Shown here: positions 52,797-64,000 of the stretch, piece by piece | Layout: every line of letters starts with the position of its first letter | Position numbering within the stretch: the stretch's first letter is position 1 | Translations under genes and position numbers: made by a program | Notes under the pieces: generated by a model | Told to the model about the DNA's origin: nothing | Databases searched by the model: none | Seen by the model: only the letters and a program-made list of their open reading frames with translations | Assembly: GCF_006345805.1 (NCBI RefSeq) | Contig: NC_042997.1 | Span: 5,704,001 to 5,768,000 of the forward strand | DNA: 64,000 nt | DNA from: Octopus sinensis | Lineage: Eukaryota | Direction: 5' to 3'

Positions 52797-53200
52797 ATCT
52801 TTAATTGGTTACAGCCATGGGCTGGGGCCACGCTGGAGTACTGCGATTCAGCGTTTTTGTTTTGTCTCGTTTCTGTACTTTTTTTAGGGAAGAAGCGAGA
52901 TGAAGCGTGTCGTTCTTTTTTCCGCCTCCTGTCGTGATGTGGGTTCATCTGGTATTTCAGATACAAATTTGTCCAGGTGCATTTTGAAGTGTTTAAATCA
53001 ACAACTTGCAAATATCTGAAGCTGTATGGCTGGATGCTGGACACATGTGGTCTCCTGTAATTGAAGCTGTTGCATTATTTGGTTCTCATGAAAAAGACAA
53101 GATGTTTAGTGTTATGCAATGCCGTCCAATTCGGTGGTTGGCATAAGTTTTAATCCCAAAAGTGAAAGCTAGACCTTTCAGGATTATCTATATGTATATC
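52797..53200 (-). mobile_element. CR1/L2-like LINE 3' fragment (same family as 1490-2182)
   Basis: LKGLAFTFGIKTYANHRIGRHCI...FKMHLDKFVSEIPDEPTSRQE; tail GTACTCCAGCGTGGCCCCAGCCCATGGCTGTAACCAATTAAAGA. Confidence 0.8.
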
Positions 53201-53419
53201 ACTGCATACATGTCTCACTTTCTCTCCACGGAGTAGAGCTTTAGTTCTTGTAGCTTCTCCCAGCAGCCTGCCAGTTTAACTGTGTTACTTTTGTGTCTGT
53301 ACACACAAATACACACACTCATACACACACACATACACACACACATACACACACACACATACACACATATATATATACATATATAATATATATATAACTT
53401 AGAATAACTTAGAAAGATT

Positions 53420-53590
53420 TTGGCCAGTATTAGATTTGATCTTGAATTTTTGTCCTTCTTTGAAAAGGAATTCTGATCCTTCTAGAAGTTTTGGGGATGT
53501 TGCGCAGTTTGGTCTACCACATTTTTTTACTTTTGCATCCGTAGTTTCAGAAAACAATTTTGCCTTTGTGATGGAATTCGAACTCATGTT
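53420..53590 (-). mobile_element. Penelope-like fragment upstream of the GIY-YIG domain
   Basis: ITKAKLFS...VKKCGRPNCATSPKLLEGSEFLFKEGQKFKIKSN, the PLE Cys-rich linker. Confidence 0.7.
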
Positions 53591-53787
53591 TGTTTGTGTC
53601 TGTGTGCTTGTTTAAGGAGGTGATTTTTATAAATGTAAAGATCGACTGCATAAAAACTTTATAAAACATGGTTAATCGCCAGAAGATATATAATCTCTGC
53701 TTTCTCAGTATATGCTTACTGTTTGTATTGTGAATACTGCTGACATTTAGCAAACGAGAACGTAGAGAGACAGATGAGGCACACATG

Positions 53788-53821
<34 letters not shown>

Positions 53822-54448
53822 TGTATGTATGTATGTATGTATGTATGCATGTATGTATGTATGTATGTAGTTAGGTAGGTAGGTAGGTTTATATATATAT
53901 ATGTGTACGTGTGTTTGTGTTTGTGTATGTGTGTATGAAGATAAGTATGTATATGTTATGTATGTTTGACGTAATATATTAATTTATACCTGATGCATCA
54001 TTTGGTGCTTTCTAAAAGGTAATAGTTTTTAACAATATTCCAAATTATTTATATACGAATGTGCGTACGTTGCTTGTATTCGTTCCGGTGTCTTCGTGTA
54101 AAAATGCGTATGTGTATAGACACACGCACACATATATACCTACATATATTATATCATGTATATATGTGTGTGTGTGTGTGTATGTGTGTGTGAATGGATT
54201 GATGGATGGATGTAGTTGCAACCGTGTCTGTCTGATAGGATGTATTTTGTTACTTCTTGTAAATAGAAAGAAACGGGTTGGTGGAAAATGTTTACAATGA
54301 CGTCAAGGTAATTTAAGTGTGATATTTGAAAATGTTGTTTACATCTAATTCGGTGTGAAAATTGATAAAGTTCACCGTCTGTTGGCCATAATTTCCTCTA
54401 CTCTCGATTCGGTAACCATTTGACATTATACCTTTGAAAAATACATAC

Positions 54449-54483
<35 letters not shown>

Positions 54484-54519
54484 TACAATCGTGTACATAT
54501 ACATAAATGTATAAATACA

Positions 54520-54577
<58 letters not shown>

Positions 54578-55545
54578 CACACTATTATATAAATACGGGC
54601 TAATAGGTACATATTTGTTGTTATCAATATGAGTTTATGTATCTTAATACGTTGAAATATTACTTATATATAATTCTGAAAGGTTGATTATATTAGTGGT
54701 GCGTTAACGAGGCAAATTGCAATGGATATCTAGTAGCACTACAAGTATTTTATGCAAATCACTATTCGTTTCATTTTTTTTTACATCACTCTTTGGACGA
54801 TTACAAAGTGCTAGTCATGTACTTTGTTCGATATAATACACGAAGAACAAGAGCAAGAAAATTGAAACCAATCTAATTCGGCGATGAACATTGTGTCCAG
54901 CCGCCTTGACTACTTCTCCCAATAATGGTAGACACCGATTCAGACCACCGGTGGAGAGATATATTGTTAGCAAGTCACCTCTACAGTATCAGCGTGAACA
55001 GAAAATTAGGGAATAGTTAGTTGTACGCACATTTCGCTTTCAGCTGGTATTATTATCATTATATCCATCAGTCTAAATATGCAAACACACACAAACACTT
55101 ATACACACAAACACAAGCACACGCGCGAGCGTACACGCACAAACACAGAGGAGGAACTGGAGAAAAGCATACTCCGAGCAGTTGTCGTGAACTATAATTT
55201 ATATTGGTTTATCTGGAGTAATATATATGGTGTTCCTTTTATGTCCAATTGATTGTGGTTTCCAATATAGGCATAACGCTTGTAATTTTGTACAGAGTAG
55301 ATGGGTCGATATCTCGCATTCCAGTGCTTCAGTACTGAGTCATGAATCTCACAGAAAACCATGGTGGGATTCGAAAAAAATAACGTAAGGCATTTCGTAT
55401 GACACCTTTTCTACAAGCTGATCGTCTTGTTTAATTTATAATAAATGTGTTTAATATTTCTAAGATGTTTAAAGCTGCAAGCTGGCCGACTTCATTTGCT
55501 AAAATGCCTAGTACTTACATTTTTCAGCCAGCATTTATTCAGGAG

Positions 55546-55780
<235 letters not shown>

Positions 55781-55789
55781 ACTGCTGAA

Positions 55790-55990
55790 CAGTTAACACA
55801 CCGACATCGGTTGTCAAGCGGTTGTGGTGGTTGGGAGAAACACAACCACACACACGTGTATACGACGGGATTCTCTTAGGTTTCGTGTACCAAATCAGCT
55901 CGAAGGCATTGATCGACTCGAGATTTAGTAGAAGGTATTAGCTCTAAATGCTACGCAGTTGGACTGAACAACCAAACCATATGTTTGGGA
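55790..55990 (-). mobile_element. Composite SINE, degenerate
   Basis: ACACACCGACATCGGTTGTCAAGCG...TATACGACGGGATTCTCT...GGACTGAAC...ACCATATGTTTGGGAAGCAA. Confidence 0.6.
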
Positions 55991-56410
55991 AGCAATATGG
56001 CTACCGTACTGTCACATCTTTTGGCACATCAGCGACCTTTCAAATTACAAGATGTTGCAAAATTATTATTAAGATATAAGCCTCTAAATCATTGCACTAG
56101 TATATATAAGTTCTACTGACTGTATACATGCAATTTAAACATATATGCATACTGAACACGAGGAAAGTTTTCTCCATACACAGTGGTTTGAATATAGTAA
56201 TTTTGTAATGAATATGTATAGCTGTATTCTATATTCCAATATATAAACCGCCTATATGTGAAGAATGTTTTACTTCTCTGTATACACTTATATATTCGTT
56301 CATGGCTTTAAGTAAAACCCGATCTATTACAACTTAAACCCATAAACAATAAGTAACCCTATCTGGGCATGCAGTATGTTATGTTTCCGTATATGCATAC
56401 AAACATATAT

Positions 56411-56446
<36 letters not shown>

Positions 56447-56473
56447 CGTAATTATATACGTATAAACTTATAT

Positions 56474-56548
<75 letters not shown>

Positions 56549-58537
56549 TATGCATATACAGATATACTTATGTATGTATTTATATATGCGTTTGTATGTG
56601 TGTATATATGTGAATATATATATGCATATGTATATATGCATGTATACATATATGTGTGTGAATATATATTCATATATATTTATATAGTTACATACATACA
56701 TACATATATACATACATACATACATATGTATATATACTATACATATAACTAGTATCGTTACACCACATTCGAATAAATATGCAGATACGCTCACTTTCAC
56801 ATCCCGAAGTTTTCTCTCTTTGGTAGGATATATGCAATAAAAGTCTTGTAGAGAAAATATGACACTTACTCAAAGGAATTTAAATGCAGTATTATTTGTT
56901 GTCTCTGATAGCAATAATATGAAGACGAATGGCATTTGAAAGAATGTTGAATCTGACGTAAACTTATTCAATGCATTTTCTCTCTCATCAGATATGCTTC
57001 CTTACAATATGTCCCTATCAAATGGAACGCTGTAGTTTACATCAGTTACATAGTTACGCTGTAGTTACATAGTTTACTCAGGAGTAAGATAAATGGACAA
57101 TTGTTCTAGAATGTCCGAAGCCATATAGCTTGCTACCGAAGATTACGAATAGATGTGAAATTTATAGTTGTAGATTATATCATGTAAAAAATTCTTTGGT
57201 TCTAATTTAAATAGTTGATAAATTAAATGTGAGAAATATATGTATATAACTGCGGTCAACACTAAATTTTATGCTTTATGATAGGAAACGAACAATACAT
57301 TTTAGAAGTATTGACTATACATACAGTCATAAACATGTACAATTACTCAGACATACGTACAAGCGCATATATATATTTATGTATATGTTTGCTGTATAGA
57401 GTTACATACGTACATATATACATACTTGCGTGTGTACATGTGTGTGTGGGTGGGCGTTTAAGTGTGTGCATGCAAACCAGTACACAAGGATAATATCATA
57501 TGGAGCTTTGTGAATATCGTTAAGGATACATTTGAGTGTTGGAGAATATGTACACACATTGCTTTCATTTATCTACTTTCTGTCTTACTATTTGCCTATC
57601 TGCCCCTCTCACTTTCCCTCTCTCCCTCTCTTTGTCTCTCTCTCACTTCTATTGCTGTATATATATATATATATAAATATATATATGTGTGTGTGTGTGT
57701 ATGCATATATATATATGTATATATATAGATATATGTGTGTGTGTCCGTGTGTGTGTGTCTATGAATGCATGTATGCTTCTGTATATTCATATATGCATTT
57801 GTACACACAACACAAAGTATTTCCTTATAATCCTTCTATATTTGCCATTTCATTATATTTTAGAAAATCTATACGAAACTCCCCAAACATTAATATGTGA
57901 GAATCTAAGAAATAGATATTCATAAGTACATACATATATACATATACTTATCTGCTCATAAATGAAAAATTCATAAATGTGCAAATAAAGTGCCATTCTA
58001 GACTATATAAAGAGAGAAATGCTGCTACATAAAGGTCAATTTATACAATATCACTTTACGTAGTAAACATGATAATGCGCTGAGTGGAACCTTGTTAGCT
58101 ATCGCCAACATCTTTATTTCGTGTATCAAAATACAATTTCTCATCAGTTATTCTATTTAAAGAGAGACTCCAATTTGTCATTTTTACCACCTTGCTTAGC
58201 ACGAAATGTTTGTTAGGATATGCGATTATGTTACTAATCTGGGAAAATTCTCGTATCAGAGACGAATTATATTTTGCATCACGCTCGTTTGTAGATGAAA
58301 TGCTGTCTCATTAAGTAATAACGGGAAGAGACGTAGAGGTTGATGAGAGGAGAAAAACGACGACAGAGAGGAGAGAAATGCATTGGAAAGAGAGAGAAAG
58401 AGAGAGAGAGAGGAAGAGAGAAAGAGAGTGTTAATGCATGTGCGTGTTAGACAGAAAAATATCTATATAAATAAATATATATTTCTGCATAAAGACATAC
58501 ATACCTAGAAGCATGTATACATATACCTATATATATA

Positions 58538-58605
<68 letters not shown>

Positions 58606-58614
58606 TATATATAT

Positions 58615-58657
<43 letters not shown>

Positions 58658-58753
58658 TATATATATATATTTAAATGCACACACACACATATATATATAT
58701 ACATATATACATACCTATATATTCATGCTTACATACGTACATAAATATATTTA

Positions 58754-58788
<35 letters not shown>

Positions 58789-59164
58789 GTACAAACATAT
58801 ATGTATATATGTGTGTGTGTGTCTGTGTGCGTGCGTTGTGTGTGTGTATGACGAGAGATATGGGAAGAGAAAGAGAGAGATAGAGAGACGTTGAGAGAGG
58901 GTGGAGCTGCGAAAAATAGTCCGTAAGATGCAGAGAGTAAAGCGTGGATCGATATAACAACGACGGATAGAAATAAATGCTGATTTAATACGGCATGCAT
59001 AAGATATTTCTCTTAAACATTTGTTTAGTTCGTCTGTACATATGAGTAAGATAGTGCAGACGCTTGCGAGTAGGTGAATATCAAACTGCTTCACTATAGA
59101 TGAGTATGTAATTTCCATCTGTTCACCTCAACAATGTCGATTTCTGCTTTACGAGCTATCCGAT

Positions 59165-59233
<69 letters not shown>

Positions 59234-59597
59234 CGTATGTATGTATATATACTAAAATGTCTATCACAGAGAAGGATATGAATTAATAATTCACTAATTT
59301 TATTGCAGTTCCTTAATTGACCGCACAGAAAATATTAAAGAACGCTTGGTAGAGATAAATCACTTAGACAAGTTGTCTCCGAGCATGGTTAATTTAGAAA
59401 CTAATGATAAACGCTAGCAGTTATCTGACAATTCCCCAAGACGCTGTGGTAGATAAAATTAGCCTTATAAATATCTATCCAGTCCAAATGGTAATATCTG
59501 TGTGCAGCTCATTTAATTCAATGCATCACAAAATTCTCCTGATCTTAAAATAAATGTGATTTCCACTCAATAGCTAGTTGCTCGCAGTTTAGGCCAA

Positions 59598-59764
<167 letters not shown>

Positions 59765-60270
59765 TAAAAAAAACGCGTCAAAAACGAAATTGCTGTTCTG
59801 ATGATATTGCTCCCTTATACGATATCACATATTCATTTTTATTACCTTTTCTTATACTGTATCTCTTCATACTTATATTTCTTTTATGCTCTCAGGAAGT
59901 TTGCTGTTAAATGTATAAACAGTTGAGATGATAATTCTGACTTTTCCTTTCTGGTTAACACTAGAACATTTATTGTATTATTATTATTATTATTATTACT
60001 ATTACTATGTTCATTTCAGTGAAGTATCTCCAATTGTTATTTTACAATATGAGTCTCCGAGCTCTCGTTTATATTACAGAATGAAACATACCGTAAAAGA
60101 GTAGTGCATTTAAGTGTATACGGTCATGTTACTTCAGAATTGGTCTGTTTTAAGCTGTATATTTCAGCAACGCTGTTTCTCTGAAAGTAAGGAATTTGTC
60201 AAACAGTGTTAGTGACCAGAGTAATCATCTTTGGTGGAACAGACCTATACTATAAAAAAAACGAAAAAGC

Positions 60271-60320
<50 letters not shown>

Positions 60321-60759
60321 GTAAAGAAAGAGCAAAAAAGCTCACAAAAAGCAATGATAATTATAGTGAGCTGAAGAAATTTAGATATATAACAATGTTA
60401 TAACGGATTATATTCCGAAAGAAATATTTCGCAGATTTTGCCCTTCGAGGGTTCGAGATATTTTGTGAAGCATACAAAGAGTATTCTATACAAATAAAAT
60501 TACTTGTAGAGAAAAAAATAAAAGTAATAATAATAAATAAAGAGAAGGAAAAAGTTTATATATAACTTATCTTAAGACCAAGTTCCATTTAAAATTAATT
60601 TCGTTTAATCTTTAATTTTCTCGACTAATATGACTGATGAGTAAAATAATAAAGCACACTTAGTATCTAATCAATACCATAATATTTAATATCCAGCTCA
60701 CAAACGGACACAATATTCCACGTAAAAGTACATGAAGTAATATATTTGTATAAGATAAA

Positions 60760-60850
60760 CCACCTAATAGTTAGGATGTCAGGCTCAAAACAATGAGCTT
60801 ATCAGTTCGATTCCTGAATACGACGAAACATTGTCTTCCTGAGCAAGGAT
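60760..60850 (+). mobile_element. Degenerate tRNA-derived SINE head
   Basis: TAGTTAGGATGTCAGGCTCA...CAGTTCGATTCC...TTGTCTTCCTGAGCAAGG. Confidence 0.5.
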
Positions 60851-61429
60851 TTTTTATTTCCTTTGTTATCAATAGATATTTATTTCTTATAATCGACTAC
60901 ATCTGTTTTAAGGAATTAATGCTTAGTGTGCTAGAAAACTATCGTTAGGGCGCTGGTGCATAATAAGCCGCTATTATTCTCAAAATTGACAAGTAATTTA
61001 GTTCCATTTATGCAAGTATTGATCTCATGTTGCTATAAACGCATCTATCATCTAGTCAGAGTTTAAAAGTATATGAAACATGATCGACCTAAATCAACTG
61101 TGTCTACCCCTCATCGTGACCGACGGCCATAATCAATATAATACAGGAATAAATGTTTTGCAGTATTTCTCTAGATTGCTGTAAGTTTTAAATTCAAATC
61201 ACTTCAACCAATGTTTGCGTAACATCAGTATGTCCACATTATGCTTTTCATAATAAGCAGCATGACTGGATCGGCAAAAGAAATCACCTGCAAATGAATT
61301 TCTCATTTTAAACAATCATCACATTTTTAATCTTACGGTTCAAGTATTGATAGTTTCATTGATAGAGTTGTATTTTTTAAAGTTATATTTCGTAATGAGA
61401 TTAAAGGCATCCGAATTCAATCAGTCAAT

Positions 61430-62470
61430 CAGTTAAATAAATGGATTATTTAAGCCTTGACTCTCAATACTCATGATCTGTTGTCTGTCATCTACTGTTC
61501 CATTTGCTATGAAAATTTGTATCTTGAAGATGCGGCTGTTTCTCCTGCTTTCACATCGGTTTAATTTGAAACATATGTTAAGCTTCTTGTGTTTATCGTA
61601 TCGTTACGATTTTAATGAAGGGTTCGCCATCCTAAACGTTACGTTATTTCTTCAACATTCTATAAATAAGGTTTGCTCTATGTCATTTTATACTACTGTC
61701 ATTCTACGGCTTTATTGTAAAGTGTTTGGTGCGGTGACAATTGAAAAAGTTTTCTCTAATAAAAATAACATTATGGGTGAGATAGCAGATATAGCCAACC
61801 TTCTGATTAATAGCTATGACATCCGTGTGATCAACAATGTACGCTGTTATGGAATGTATAATCACTGAAAATAATCCATAGAAATAGCAGCCAAATATCT
61901 CCCAGTTCGGAATCGATCATGTTGAATACGAAATAAAATCATTTTGAATGTTTACGGATAGAAGGCATTTATTCGTAATTCTGCTGGATTGTCAATGACC
62001 CACGGTTAATCAACAACAATATCGACGGGAAGAAAAAAACAGAAATAAGAAACGATAACATTTATCTTGCCAAATATTACTAAGATGATAACAATAGCCA
62101 TCTTAAAGATTCTAATGATGCAGCCAATAACATAACAAAAACAAAAATGAATGCAATAGTGAAAAATACGAAAGAGAAAAGAAAAAATTTGCATAACCCG
62201 TGTGAATGTACAGATAAGTTTGGCCAATAATATGATAACGAGAAACATGAAACAAAAACTCTTACAATGATGTGAATTGTGTGAAGAAATAGTATAAAAG
62301 AAAATTTAGTTTTGAAGCTCTCCCTCAAGATGTGATTTATAAACCAAATCAAATAACTCATGTCACATAGAAACCATGAGAGGAATAAGAGATATTTGAT
62401 TGATTAGTAGACGTATTTTCCCACTTGGGAGACCAGGCACGGAAAAACTTTACAGTAGTTCATGAGTTGA
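61430..62470 (-). pseudogene. Probable decayed single-exon class-A GPCR (FMRFamide-receptor/GPR139-like invertebrate family)
   Basis: Colinear hydrophobic blocks across frameshifts: RESFKTKFSFILFL (ICL1/TM2), GLCKFFLFSFVFF...LAASLESLR (TM3 with Cys and SLE-R), LSFLISVFFFPSILLL (TM4), ITRMS*LLIRRLAISAISPIMLFLL (TM6), ANPSL...KKLNICF (TM7/H8); multiple stops. Confidence 0.55.
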
Positions 62471-63000
62471 GAAATGTATACTAGTGCCTATTTAAATGAT
62501 AACAAAATTTTGTTTCTTTTTATTTTTGTTTTGGAGTGTAGGAAAGACAACAGCTGTGTCACATTTCGTCAGTAGAAACGATTAGGTATACTGGTAGGCA
62601 ATTTATAGACGAGACATTAAATTTTATGATTCTGGAAGTAGTTTCTGGCTGAAGTAGTTGTGTCAATGACCGTCGAAAGACCTCTGATAATAGTTGAATT
62701 GATGAGGTCCTTATTTACATTCAATACCCGACAGTCGCTGTATATTCGAAAAACGTGGATGTAAAAGGAAGTCCTGAGGCTTGTTATGCTAGGTAACCAG
62801 GACTAATGAGCTGAAAGCACTAACAGCTACAGTATTGTAGAAAGTATAAGTTTAGATGGCTGCTGTTGATAACTTTCTTTAGTAGATAGCTATGTGCTTC
62901 CCAAACTTGAAGAAAATTTACATTTGGTGTAGTATGTTTTCAAAAGCTCCCCATCTTTGCAGAGTGAGATGGGAAGAACAAATTCGACGGAACATTTTTA

Positions 63001-63200
63001 CATATGCCATATGTAGCATAGAAACTGTCTCAATAATAATAAACAGAAATGGTGCCGTACATTTTTGTACTATACGCAAAAAATTACTCAGAAGTTTGAC
63101 ATATGCCATACGTAGCATATGAACTGTCTCAGTAATAATAAAAAGAAATGATGCTGTAGATTTTTGAGCTATACGCTAACAATAACTCCGAAGATGTTGA
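63001..63200. repeat. Diverged 99-bp tandem dimer
   Basis: CATATGCCAT starts at 63001 and 63100; units colinear. Confidence 0.85.
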
Positions 63201-64000
63201 ATACAACAATGCTGTTTATACCGAATCTCTCACTGACACACAGACATATACTCAAATACACACACGTATACGTTCGAGTCTTTAGTGAAAAATATAGAAA
63301 AGAAAGGAAAACTGGCCTATAGATACACTATTCATAGACTTTGCGAAGGGAGATGGAGTCAATATACAAGCGGAAATAATTATTTTGCATATTTGATAGG
63401 AGAACAATAAGTAGACGGCTTAGGGTATCACCAACGTTTCTGATGGAGTGGGCATGTATTATGTTTCCAAAATTCTGAATATAGATATGTATATAAATTG
63501 TATATGAAGAGATTGGTGATGATGCGGAGCTTGCTTTGGGTACTATGTTTGAGTGTGAAAGAAAAAAAATATTGTAGAGGAATTAAGGAGTTGCCATTTG
63601 GAATTGAGGATGTTATTTACGTCCCAAGTCAGATTTGACAGGACATAGTTTAATCAAATGTATTCCTGTCGGAACTATACAGTATTATTAAGATTAATTA
63701 TTACTACACTTTGAATATAAGTTTAATTTATTTCAGAGAGTAAGGTGTGATATTCATTGTACTTGGCTTTAATCCTTGCATCTCAAATGAGTGCGACGTG
63801 GATTCCAGAATTTAGTGCATACGCAGATAGGATGGCGTGATGAATAAAAACGAGAGGAATATTTTCGAAGAGAATTTCCCTCCTCTTTGCAATATCAAGT
63901 GGGATACGCATCTCAGATCAAGTACAGAAACGTGCTCCGCTACTTTACCATTTACAAAAGACACCAATGCTGAGATAGTGTGGGCTAAGTGATTTTGGAG

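Noticed and set aside
56992-57083. Plus-strand exon-like segment encoding MLPYNMSLSNGTL
   Set aside because: Terminates after 13 codons at a local duplication; no downstream coding signal
63001-63200. 99-bp (33-codon) period suggesting ankyrin repeats
   Set aside because: No frame is open across both units and there is no ankyrin motif

Overview
Eukaryotic, strongly AT-rich, microsatellite-dense DNA with no intact protein-coding gene that I can recognise. The repeat families look like those of an octopus/coleoid cephalopod (inference from recalled SINE, Dong/R4, Penelope and mariner families; not verified by search). Nearly all ORFs in the supplied track are simple-repeat translations. Supportable content: many tRNA-derived SINEs (at least three families); decayed R4/Dong, CR1-like and RTE LINE pieces; Penelope-like element (PLE) remnants with hammerhead-ribozyme motifs; two mariner remnants; a Tigger-like MITE; a 5S rRNA pseudogene; a probable decayed class-A GPCR at 61.4-62.5 kb plus weaker GPCR-like fragments, all on the minus strand; and candidate minus-strand non-coding exons. 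The most coherent system is a nest at 7.5-16.3 kb. There, R4/Dong fragments and four copies of a ~560-bp non-coding element (element A) are all oriented with the (TAA)n strand and stacked in (TAA)n tracts, including an adjacent filled/empty-site pair. Also notable: a SINE/LINE shared 3' stem-loop tail, a degenerate HDV-like ribozyme candidate, several hammerhead remnants and large (TA)n-centred fold-back palindromes. All protein and RNA family calls are by-eye motif recognition, not database results.
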